Source: a virus
Taxonomy: Duplodnaviria > Caudoviricetes
Virus record (IMG/VR): IMGVR_UViG_3300037742_000027
Coordinates: 1-30,230 of that record
Length of the DNA stretch: 30,230 nucleotides
Direction: 5' to 3' (one strand)
A program made the translations under genes and the position numbers. The notes under the pieces were generated by a model that saw only the letters and a program-made list of their open reading frames with translations, did not search any database and was not told the origin of the DNA. Below, in pieces: positions 1 through 6,857 of this stretch (position 1 is the first letter of the stretch; each line of letters starts with the position of its first letter).

Positions 1-30
1 CCGGAGCGGTTTCCCGGCGCCCAGTCGCCA

Positions 31-59
31 GAGATTTCTCCCGCCCCCCGCCATATCTC
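31..59. other. Probable cos (cohesive end) site
   Basis: C-rich core CCGCCCCCCG (41-50) centred in the dyad GAGAT-N19-ATCTC (31-35/55-59). Lies just downstream of a packaging-type HNH gene, the HNH-cos-terS layout of HK97-like phages. Confidence 0.55.
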
Positions 60-92
60 ATGCCAACTCGATCCGTCATGTTGGTGGCACGG

Positions 93-302
93 TCATCGAG
101 CAGTGACCTGTGGTTCCTCTTCCGATCGTCGCAGGATGGCGATCACGCCAGGCACGAGCGGTTTCGGAATGACTAGGTTGAGCCTGATATACGTGGGCTC
201 CAGTTCTATCTCGAGATGAACCTCGTCATCGTGCATCTCGTGGTACAGGTGCATCGATGTCTTCCCATCCCGGCAAAGGGCGAGCGAGTTACGTGTGCTC
301 AT
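93..302 (-). CDS. Hypothetical protein (69 aa, MSTRNS...)
   Basis: ATGA overlap with the HNH stop at 299-302. Restarted from the 93..377 ORF. Confidence 0.6.
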   Translation of the reverse strand: MSTRNSLALCRDGKTSMHLYHEMHDDEVHLEIELEPTYIRLNLVIPKPLVPGVIAILRRSEEEPQVTAR

Positions 303-652
303 GGCTGCTTCCCATGGTACGCCCGTAGTCCACGCTTCGACTCTTCTCTCGTCTTCGCATCGCTGCAGTCTTGGCATAAAGGTTGTCGGTTCGCAGGTTC
401 CTCTTTCCCTCCTTCTGCGAGATTGACGATGTGGTCAACGATTGTGGCGATGGTGCGTCGACCGGCTTTGATACACAGTCGACACCATGGCTCACGGCTG
501 AGCACGTCACGCCGTATCCGTTGCAGTGCTCGCCCTCGGATACGCTGAACCTCTAGGGCTCTGCTCGACTGCCACGCCTGTCGCTCTCCATGCACAGGAC
601 AGGGCCGTAGATGCGGGCAGCGCGCGATTGGGCAGACGTGCTTACCGGGCAT
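299..652 (-). CDS. HNH endonuclease, HK97 gp74-like packaging-associated
   Basis: CRLC...VDHIVNLAEGG...NRQPLCQDC motif, N-terminal CxxxxC..CxxH, adjacent to the putative cos. Confidence 0.9.
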   Translation of the reverse strand: MPGKHVCPIARCPHLRPCPVHGERQAWQSSRALEVQRIRGRALQRIRRDVLSREPWCRLCIKAGRRTIATIVDHIVNLAEGGKEEPANRQPLCQDCSDAKTREESKRGLRAYHGKQP

Positions 653-863
653 CGCCGTCTCGGGCTGGCGGTAACTGCGTCAGGTGCTCGACCGACGACA
701 CGGGATGATCGTCGCAGCCAGCTTTCGTTGAACCGGCAGGCGAGAACGTCACCCACGATGCGCCAGGAACCTCATGCCGAAGGACATCACGCGCGAGAGA
801 GGTGGCAGGCTTGCCGCACGTATCGCATGTTGTCGGCCATTTCACTTTTGCGTCTTCCGTCAT
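642..863 (-). CDS. Hypothetical small Cys-containing protein
   Basis: CDTC and GCDDH. Overlaps both neighbouring genes. Confidence 0.65.
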   Translation of the reverse strand: MTEDAKVKWPTTCDTCGKPATSLARDVLRHEVPGASWVTFSPAGSTKAGCDDHPVSSVEHLTQLPPARDGDAR

Positions 864-1303
864 GGCTGTGTCCTCTTGGGCTCCTCGGAGACCGCGAGGG
901 CGGCGAGCGTTTCGACGACTCGCTGGTGTAATTCCGCACCGCTACTCGCGCAACATGTGGCCGTGATGCACCAGCCACCCAACCAGCGATCAACCTCTTG
1001 CAGCATCTCCCTGAGGCGGGACAGGGCGGCCTCTGCGGCGTCCCGTTGGGCTTTCATGTCGTTCCACTCAACCATATGGCGGCGGAACTCGGCGGTCTGC
1101 GTCTTGTAGACATCCTCCAGCGAGGCGATCTCGCGGCGCATCTGGGCGGCCTCGCGGAACATCTTAGTGCGCTCATTCCAGCCATGCGTCGAAGTGGGAA
1201 CCCCCCGGCCTTGCGCGCGTAACTCGGCCACATTGGCCTCAATTTCATAGGCTTCGGGGCTGAACTGCCACACGGGATCGCCGTGGGCTACTGGCTTATT
1301 CAT
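860..1303 (-). CDS. Hypothetical coiled-coil protein
   Basis: ATGA overlaps at both ends, heptad-rich centre. Confidence 0.7.
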   Translation of the reverse strand: MNKPVAHGDPVWQFSPEAYEIEANVAELRAQGRGVPTSTHGWNERTKMFREAAQMRREIASLEDVYKTQTAEFRRHMVEWNDMKAQRDAAEAALSRLREMLQEVDRWLGGWCITATCCASSGAELHQRVVETLAALAVSEEPKRTQP

Positions 1304-1497
1304 CCTCGCGCCTTTCGTGCCTTCTTCTTGCCACGTTTCGGCGGGTCAAGGTCACCGAGCAGACACAAGCCCATGCCGATGCAGCCCTCGTGATAGTTCA
1401 CGATGGCTATCGCTCCGGCTTTCGCGGCAATCGTTGCCTCCCGCTTGGACGTGGTAATCCTGCGCCGAATCAATGCGCGGATGGCAGCTTTAGTCAT
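1300..1497 (-). CDS. Hypothetical basic protein
   Basis: Overlap-coupled to neighbours, AAAGGA upstream of ATG. Confidence 0.6.
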   Translation of the reverse strand: MTKAAIRALIRRRITTSKREATIAAKAGAIAIVNYHEGCIGMGLCLLGDLDPPKRGKKKARKARG

Positions 1498-2320
1498 CGG
1501 GGGTTCCTTTCAGGGCCTCGGCGGGCCGCGTAAACGCTTGGCAGCCACACCGCGCGTGATCGCCCCATGCGCCGCACTTGCCACCATTTCGGCGGCTATG
1601 CCTCACCTTTCGATGACCGCACACGCACAGAGTCGCGCCGTCCGGCGTGGCCTCGTCTGGCCGTGGGTAGACATAGGGGCGCGTGCAGCGGGGACAGACC
1701 CAGCCCAGCACCGTCGCGGTGCGCGGGGTGTCACCTTCCCATTCGCACCCGATGCACCGGTAGACCGTGCGTGGGGCCTCGGCGGGCAGGGAGACCGGCA
1801 CGAGTCGGGGTGTGTCGCCCTCTGAGGCCACTAAGGTGAGCGTGCCGTCTGGTGATTCGAGAAAGACATCGCCGGGCTGGCATCTCGCGTCCAGGCGGAC
1901 CGGAATACCATTGATCGTCGTCGTCTCCTGTGCGCGCGAGGCGGGCAGGGAGACCGGGAGGGCCGATGCTTGTCCGCGCTTCCACGTCCGCAGTAGAAAC
2001 TGCGCGACGAGGTCCCATCGCCGCAGCAGGTTCGCGGAGTCGTAATCCGCAATCAGCATCTTCGCCTCTGCGACATGATCGAACTCGGCGGTCGGCGGGG
2101 GCGTCGGCTCCATGGGTTTGGCCAGCACGTCCGCGATCTGCCGCAACGTCTGCACTGGATCGACCCCGTGGCCATTGTGATAGCCGTTCACGAGGCCCGC
2201 AATCGTCTCAAGGGGCGTCAGCGGGGCGGGCGTCTCTCCTGAATCTGCCGTGCAATAGCGCGTGTGCGGCTCGAACGAGCGCAGATCCGCGCCGCAGTCC
2301 CGACACGTAAGTGCGCTCAT
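1490..2320 (-). CDS. Mosaic multidomain hypothetical protein with several small Zn-finger-like modules
   Basis: CxxC..HxxxC, CxxC..CxxC and CxCGH..H..C..CxC modules separated by Pro-rich GETP/GDTP/PVSLPA linkers. Confidence 0.75.
   Translation of the reverse strand: MSALTCRDCGADLRSFEPHTRYCTADSGETPAPLTPLETIAGLVNGYHNGHGVDPVQTLRQIADVLAKPMEPTPPPTAEFDHVAEAKMLIADYDSANLLRRWDLVAQFLLRTWKRGQASALPVSLPASRAQETTTINGIPVRLDARCQPGDVFLESPDGTLTLVASEGDTPRLVPVSLPAEAPRTVYRCIGCEWEGDTPRTATVLGWVCPRCTRPYVYPRPDEATPDGATLCVCGHRKVRHSRRNGGKCGAWGDHARCGCQAFTRPAEALKGTPDD
1781..1957. repeat. 18-bp direct repeat GGCGGGCAGGGAGACCGG (1781-1798, 1940-1957)
   Basis: Exact copies 159 nt (53 codons) apart, both encoding PVSLPA. Confidence 0.9.
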
Positions 2321-2628
2321 GGCTGCTCCTGTGGGGCCACGACGTCGGCCTCGATGTCGTCCCGTCCGAGTTCAGGCCACCACTTGTCCAGCCACACGCG
2401 CAAGCTCTCAAGGTCTGCGTGTTCTACGACATCAAGCGTTCTGCGGTAGCGGCAGAACACCGAACGCAGTTGGCGCTTATCGTCCCGCCAGATATTCAGC
2501 GCCCCGTTGGCGCCGGCCGACGTCACCGCGCGCCGTTTTTGAATCCGTCGCAACGCCTGATCGACGCTGTCAACATGCTGGCAGGACAGCGCACCCTTGA
2601 CGCCGGGCAATCCTCGAAGTTCTGACAT
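2317..2628 (-). CDS. Hypothetical protein
   Basis: TAGATG coupling upstream with GGAG SD, ATGA overlap downstream. Confidence 0.7.
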   Translation of the reverse strand: MSELRGLPGVKGALSCQHVDSVDQALRRIQKRRAVTSAGANGALNIWRDDKRQLRSVFCRYRRTLDVVEHADLESLRVWLDKWWPELGRDDIEADVVAPQEQP

Positions 2629-3276
2629 CTACTTGTCCTCTTTTTGGGCCACGGGGGACGCGGCGAGGGTGGCGCTGGGAGGTGCGGGTAAGGGCATCCA
2701 GTGCGTCGGCTCGAAACAGCCTCGCATGTCGTCGCTCGGTTCGGTGTAGAACGAATGGGCGATCCACCCTTCGCCATCGCCGGGCACACCTTGAAACCAA
2801 TACCCGCGTCCCCATATGCGCCGATGAAAGTGAACGCCGTAGAGCAGGATCACGCGATCCTTTGGCGCCGTCTCGATCGGCTGCCATTGTGGCGTCTCTC
2901 CGCTCCCTGAAGGGGGAGACGGACGATCAGCGGCCTCGGCCTTACGTATCGCCTTGGCAGCAATCGCTACGGCGCAGTAAGGCTCATGTTCGACGTGCGC
3001 TTGCGACTCGTTGGTCAGGTCGCTCTGACAAAGCGGGCAATGCCCACTGTCCGTCACGGCTGACATCACAAGGTAGCGCGCCGCTTCAAGTAACTCACTC
3101 GTTGGCGTCTCTCCGGGGCCTGGGGCGGGAGCCGCGGACTGCTGGCGGGCCTGTTCCGCGACGATCCCGAGATCGTACGCAATCTGACGGACCAATTCCT
3201 CGCCGGTCTCGTCGCACAGATATTCCCCGTCGGTGCAGCGATTCACAATGGCGCGTGCACGTTCTATCTCAGTCAT
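2629..3276 (-). CDS. DUF551-domain mosaic protein
   Basis: C-terminal WQPIETAPKD...PTHWMPLPAPP signature, central CPLC..HEPYC module. Confidence 0.85.
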   Translation of the reverse strand: MTEIERARAIVNRCTDGEYLCDETGEELVRQIAYDLGIVAEQARQQSAAPAPGPGETPTSELLEAARYLVMSAVTDSGHCPLCQSDLTNESQAHVEHEPYCAVAIAAKAIRKAEAADRPSPPSGSGETPQWQPIETAPKDRVILLYGVHFHRRIWGRGYWFQGVPGDGEGWIAHSFYTEPSDDMRGCFEPTHWMPLPAPPSATLAASPVAQKEDK

Positions 3277-3461
3277 GGGTGGGGGATCCCTTCAGGGAGA
3301 GGCTCGGTGCGCTGGACTTCCGCGACGATCGCACGGGCGAGGGCGACCGCATCGCGGGCCATCGCTTCGCGCATCGAATCGTTGATGGCACGGTCATACC
3401 CGCTCAGCAGGTTCCCCGCGATCCGCGCGATCGTCGTGTCGTACTTCTTCTTCTCGGTCAT
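3273..3461 (-). CDS. Hypothetical protein
   Basis: G-rich SD upstream, ATGA overlap downstream, helical composition. Confidence 0.7.
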   Translation of the reverse strand: MTEKKKYDTTIARIAGNLLSGYDRAINDSMREAMARDAVALARAIVAEVQRTEPLPEGIPHP

Positions 3462-3554
3462 GGCGTGCTGTGTCCCCCCCTGAGCTAAATCGTGCCAACA
3501 CGTGAGGTTGCTTTCTGTTTCCGGCTACGCGCCTCGGAGCCTTCCGTCAACCTG

Positions 3555-3731
3555 CTATCGATTCGACAGCGCGTCTATCAACTTCAATAAGCGCCGTTCC
3601 GCCCGCCCCAACTCTTGGAGTTTGGCCTTGACGCCAAGGCGCACGCCGACAAATTGCATCTGGCGTTGCTGCTCGGCGCGGACAGCGGTGAGCCTGTTCT
3701 GTGCGCTCTCTAGGCGACGCTGTTCGTTCAT
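3555..3731 (-). CDS. Small helical protein (58 aa, MNEQRRLESAQNRL...LIDALSNR), not in the ORF track
   Basis: GAGGGGAG immediately before ATG, amphipathic coiled-coil sequence. Preferred over the overlapping 3547..3840 frame. Confidence 0.55.
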   Translation of the reverse strand: MNEQRRLESAQNRLTAVRAEQQRQMQFVGVRLGVKAKLQELGRAERRLLKLIDALSNR

Positions 3732-3806
3732 CTCCCCTCACTGTCTGATCCGCCGATCCCTGCGTGCGAAGCGCCGTTAGGCGGAACATAAAATCGTTCT
3801 CTCGCA

Positions 3807-4010
3807 TTACCCGGCTTTCCGTCGCAACTGCAACACGCACGCTTTCACCTTCGCCCGCTTCGTCTTCACCACGCCCACCGTGCGCAGGATGTGTGCTCCG
3901 CAGCGCCTACACTCCCAGACCGCCCGCCCTTTCGCATCCCGCGCGAACAACGGATCATCCGCATGGGAGAACAAGCACGCATTCCTGAGGAGCCACGCCA
4001 GGAGGGGCAT
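3807..4010 (-). CDS. Small prophage Zn-ribbon-like protein (C..H...CRRCG)
   Basis: CLFSH...WECRRCG, GGGGTG SD with TAGATG coupling. Confidence 0.65.
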   Translation of the reverse strand: MPLLAWLLRNACLFSHADDPLFARDAKGRAVWECRRCGAHILRTVGVVKTKRAKVKACVLQLRRKAG

Positions 4011-4859
4011 CTACTGCACCCCCGTCATGGCTTCGGCTTCTGCGATGCGCCTGGCGATCCATTCCGTGATTTGCGGGAGGACCGCATTACCGAGCGCGGC
4101 CAGTCGAGCATTGTCCAATCCTGGGGATACCCCATCAGCCACTCGACAAATTGCGGGCTCGGCTTCCCACCGAGCACGTTGTCGAGCATCAACCCGCCAC
4201 CTCTCAAAATCGAGCCCTTGCCGCGTCCACCGCCGCGCCCGTGTTGGTTCTGTCGGGCCTGTGGCGTCGGATACATCCGCACGTAATCCGTGAGCGTCGT
4301 GCCGGCGTGGATGCCCGTTGGTGGCGTCTTGAACCGTCGCGCCGTCGCATTCGCGGCCGACTTCGCATCGCCCTTCGTCGGCGTGGGGATAAGCGACGAT
4401 CCACAGACGGTCACGACCATGCGGGGCGCCAACGGCCGCAGCCTGAATACAATCCCATTCCGCGTCATACCCGCTCTCGGCCAAATCGCTGAGAACACGG
4501 CCCACCCCTCGAGCCAGCAAGTCTGCGACGTTCTCCACAACGACGTAACGGGGTCGAAGTTGGCGAATGATTCGAGCCATCTCGAACCAAAGACCGGACT
4601 GCTCTCCGTCAAGTCCGGCCTTGGCGCCGGCGCTGCTGATGTCTTGACAGGGGAATCCTCCGCAGACGACATCAACACGCTCGAGTGTTTCGGCTCCAAC
4701 GGTTCGGACATCCTCGTAGCGCCTCACGTCCGGCCAGTGCTTCTCGAGCACCGCCCGACAAAACGGATCGATTTCCACCTGCCACTTGATCTCAAAGCCC
4801 GCGCGTTCAAAGCCGAGATCGAACCCGCCGATGCCGGCGAACAAACTGCCGACCGTCAT
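4011..4859 (-). CDS. DNA (cytosine-5) methyltransferase, alpha-type polypeptide lacking motif IX
   Basis: Motif I SLFAGIGG, IV GGFPCQ, VI ENV, VIII HGRDRLW, X LGNAVLP. Confidence 0.95.
   Translation of the reverse strand: MTVGSLFAGIGGFDLGFERAGFEIKWQVEIDPFCRAVLEKHWPDVRRYEDVRTVGAETLERVDVVCGGFPCQDISSAGAKAGLDGEQSGLWFEMARIIRQLRPRYVVVENVADLLARGVGRVLSDLAESGYDAEWDCIQAAAVGAPHGRDRLWIVAYPHADEGRCEVGRECDGATVQDATNGHPRRHDAHGLRADVSDATGPTEPTRARRWTRQGLDFERWRVDARQRARWEAEPAICRVADGVSPGLDNARLAALGNAVLPQITEWIARRIAEAEAMTGVQ
4025..4711 (-). CDS. Overprinted beta-type subunit of the C5-methyltransferase (target-recognition region plus motif IX)
   Basis: 228-codon alternate-frame ORF fully inside the MTase gene. PTP repeats and PQFVEWLMGYPQDWT (motif IX-like). 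Precedent is M.EcoHK31I. Start at 4711 or 4672. Confidence 0.7.
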   Translation of the reverse strand: MSEPLEPKHSSVLMSSAEDSPVKTSAAPAPRPDLTESSPVFGSRWLESFANFDPVTSLWRTSQTCWLEGWAVFSAIWPRAGMTRNGIVFRLRPLAPRMVVTVCGSSLIPTPTKGDAKSAANATARRFKTPPTGIHAGTTLTDYVRMYPTPQARQNQHGRGGGRGKGSILRGGGLMLDNVLGGKPSPQFVEWLMGYPQDWTMLDWPRSVMRSSRKSRNGSPGASQKPKP

Positions 4860-5066
4860 CTACTGCACCCCTCGGGCCTGCCCGGTCTCATCGTGGAGAT
4901 AGTCCGCCGCCAGATACGCCAACGCGATCCGAAACACTTCCGCCCGGCTGGACGCCTCGAGCACCCGCTGCAACGCCTCCACATCCGCCAGCGCGGCCGG
5001 CGTCAAGGACGTGGTCACCGACTGACAGAATGTCCCGCGATAGTCGTCCGGGGTGCGCGCGTTCAT
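4860..5066 (-). CDS. Ribbon-helix-helix/CopG-like small DNA-binding protein (68 aa)
   Basis: SVTTSLTP..LADVEAL....SRAEVFRIAL pattern, ATGA overlap at 5063-5066. Confidence 0.6.
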   Translation of the reverse strand: MNARTPDDYRGTFCQSVTTSLTPAALADVEALQRVLEASSRAEVFRIALAYLAADYLHDETGQARGVQ

Positions 5067-5626
5067 GCGCTGGCCTCTTTCTCGAACACGCTGAACACGC
5101 GCATCCGGTTGTTGAATCCGGCGATCACCCCGACGCACGCGACAAACCGCACACCCACGCGCGGCGGTTGCGGTAACGCGTAGTGCAGCATCCCAACACG
5201 CCCACCCGGTCTGACGACTTCGATCATGGTGCGGAGAATCGCGTTCGCGCTCGGGAACGCCGCCGCGCCCGGCGCATACTGCGCGGCATCGGCCTCGGTG
5301 TAGGGCGGGTCGGCGATCACCGCCGGCCACGGCTCGGCGAGTCCGATCGGGTTGAACGTATTCCACGGCAGCGGCGCCGTGGCCGATTGCACGAAGTCCG
5401 GCTCCAGCGCGGGATCGAGATCGAGCGTGCGATCATTCGGCCCGAATCCGCGCGGCTTCGCGGGATACTGGCGCGCGGCCCCGCCGCAGACGTGCAGCAA
5501 CGCATCGAACGGCGTGATACCCAGCAGGGCGCGGGCGCGTTCCAGGAACCCATTCGGGTAGGCGCCGTAGTACTTCACCTTTGGCCGCGCGAGAATCCAC
5601 ACGTCGGTGATCGGGCGATAACTCAT
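5063..5626 (-). CDS. Small SAM-dependent amino-methyltransferase (N6-adenine/N4-cytosine type)
   Basis: LLHVCGG (motif I-like), DLDP..PD, catalytic VIADPPY. Confidence 0.75.
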   Translation of the reverse strand: MSYRPITDVWILARPKVKYYGAYPNGFLERARALLGITPFDALLHVCGGAARQYPAKPRGFGPNDRTLDLDPALEPDFVQSATAPLPWNTFNPIGLAEPWPAVIADPPYTEADAAQYAPGAAAFPSANAILRTMIEVVRPGGRVGMLHYALPQPPRVGVRFVACVGVIAGFNNRMRVFSVFEKEASA

Positions 5627-5901
5627 GCACTGTCTCCAGTCGCCGTCCTGCCCAAGACCAACAGGTCGTACAACTGCTGGGCTGTGCTGATGTAGTGAAT
5701 CGGCCAGCCGCGCGCGGTCAGGCGGGCCTGATCGTCAGTGAGCGTGCCGCCGGCGCTTTTCCAGTCCACCAGCCACACACGCGAGCGATAGAGCAGAATC
5801 CCATCCAGGGTACCGTTGATCGGGTACCAATCGGCGCCGAGTTGCTTGGCGGCTTTCACCAGGGCGGCCGCGGTGTTGTCGATGCGCGCGGCGCGTCTCA
5901 T
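5623..5901 (-). CDS. VRR-NUC-like PD-(D/E)xK nuclease/resolvase (92 aa)
   Basis: MRRAARID start, D...VDWK, G.LTDDQ motif. Confidence 0.7.
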   Translation of the reverse strand: MRRAARIDNTAAALVKAAKQLGADWYPINGTLDGILLYRSRVWLVDWKSAGGTLTDDQARLTARGWPIHYISTAQQLYDLLVLGRTATGDSA

Positions 5902-5954
5902 CGGTCCCCCGCCGCGAACCGGCCCGCAATGACCGCCTTCAGGATCGGGGTCAT
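5898..5954 (-). CDS. 18-aa micro-ORF MTPILKAVIAGRFAAGDR
   Basis: ATGA overlaps at both ends (5951-5954, 5898-5901) fill the intergenic gap exactly. Confidence 0.5.
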   Translation of the reverse strand: MTPILKAVIAGRFAAGDR

Positions 5955-6316
5955 CGGCTCGTCTCGCGCTGCGGAGGGTCCGGCTCACTCGCGGCTAACA
6001 GCGCCGCCGCTTCGTTCACCCAGGTCTGGTACTCGTCCATCCACTGTTGATACAATGCCGGCAACGCCCCGAGGTAGACCGGCTCCAAGCCGAATTGATC
6101 CGCCGTAGGATCGAGAATGCGACCATCTGGCAACTCCAGCCAGCAGTGATTGATCGCCATGAAATCAACCTTGCGTAACCGCGCATCGACGCCGGCCAGC
6201 GATAACAACCCCTCCAGTGGTGCACAGACCGCGAAGCACATCTGATCGGACTTACGGCGACCGATGATGCCGCGACGAAACTGCGACGCGTACCGCTTCA
6301 ACTGCATGTCCGTCAT
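5951..6316 (-). CDS. Transglutaminase/papain-like Cys-His-Asp protein (121 aa)
   Basis: MCFAVC...NHCWLE..DGRILDPTADQF. ATGA start at 6316. Confidence 0.65.
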   Translation of the reverse strand: MTDMQLKRYASQFRRGIIGRRKSDQMCFAVCAPLEGLLSLAGVDARLRKVDFMAINHCWLELPDGRILDPTADQFGLEPVYLGALPALYQQWMDEYQTWVNEAAALLAASEPDPPQRETSR

Positions 6317-6681
6317 TCGGCTCCTTCGTAGGCGGGGAGGGCCCTCTGCTGCATTTCCTCTGTGCTCGCTCGCCGCCAACACACACAGAGACGTCCACTC
6401 GGCGCTTTCGCGCGACGATCCGCCGGCACAATCCATCCGCGTAAATCGAAGCGGCGAATACAGATCGTTTGCCGCGGCCATCCCGTCATCTGCTGAATCT
6501 CGGGATCGCTGAGGCCATCCTCCCCGGCGGCCTCGAGGAGCCGCATCAATTCCTCGTTCTGCCGACAGCGCTTCGGCTGATGCGCAATCGCCGCCAGTGC
6601 ACTGGTTTCTCTCGCCTCCAGAAAGGGCGACGGGGCGACGGTCAAGGTCTGCGGATCGAAGTCGAAGGGCGGTTGCGTCAT
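6313..6681 (-). CDS. Winged helix-turn-helix protein (122 aa)
   Basis: GLSDPEIQQMTG....I..RRFDL..W....R..PSGR...W pattern, ATGA overlaps. Confidence 0.7.
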   Translation of the reverse strand: MTQPPFDFDPQTLTVAPSPFLEARETSALAAIAHQPKRCRQNEELMRLLEAAGEDGLSDPEIQQMTGWPRQTICIRRFDLRGWIVPADRRAKAPSGRLCVCWRRASTEEMQQRALPAYEGAE

Positions 6682-6857
6682 TCGTTGCCCTCGCCCAAAT
6701 CCCATTCCCCGCGCGTCTGCCAGGTGCGACGGGGACGCGGGGATTGATCGTCCTGATACAAGAGCGCGCGGCTCGACACGCGGCCATCGACGATCAGCCG
6801 GACCAAATTTCGGCGACCGATGCGGTCCCATGCGTCGGCCATCACGGGACTCGTCAT
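6678..6857 (-). CDS. Hypothetical protein (59 aa, MTSPVMADAWDRIG...), not in the ORF track
   Basis: ATGA overlaps at both ends, GAAGGA SD. Confidence 0.6.
   Translation of the reverse strand: MTSPVMADAWDRIGRRNLVRLIVDGRVSSRALLYQDDQSPRPRRTWQTRGEWDLGEGNE

Larger units (their letters stand above)
4008..4871. repeat. 15-nt direct repeat CATCTACTGCACCCC (4008-4022, 4857-4871) bracketing the C5-MTase
   Basis: Exact copies. On the minus strand they read GGGGTGCAG-TAG-ATG (SD, stop, start). Confidence 0.9.

Noticed and set aside
3484-3498. Sigma54-like promoter TTGGCACGATTTAGC on the minus strand
   Set aside because: GG-to-GC spacing is 9 nt rather than the strictly required 10.
3547-3840. 97-aa ORF from the track
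   Set aside because: Its composition looks off-frame (Arg/Pro-rich). The overlapping 3555..3731 frame has a strong SD and a helical product, although a coupled ATG at 3807 leaves some doubt.
4011-5901. Restriction-modification system (two MTases plus a nuclease)
   Set aside because: The nuclease is a small VRR-NUC-like type common in phage replication regions. Orphan MTases are the simpler reading.
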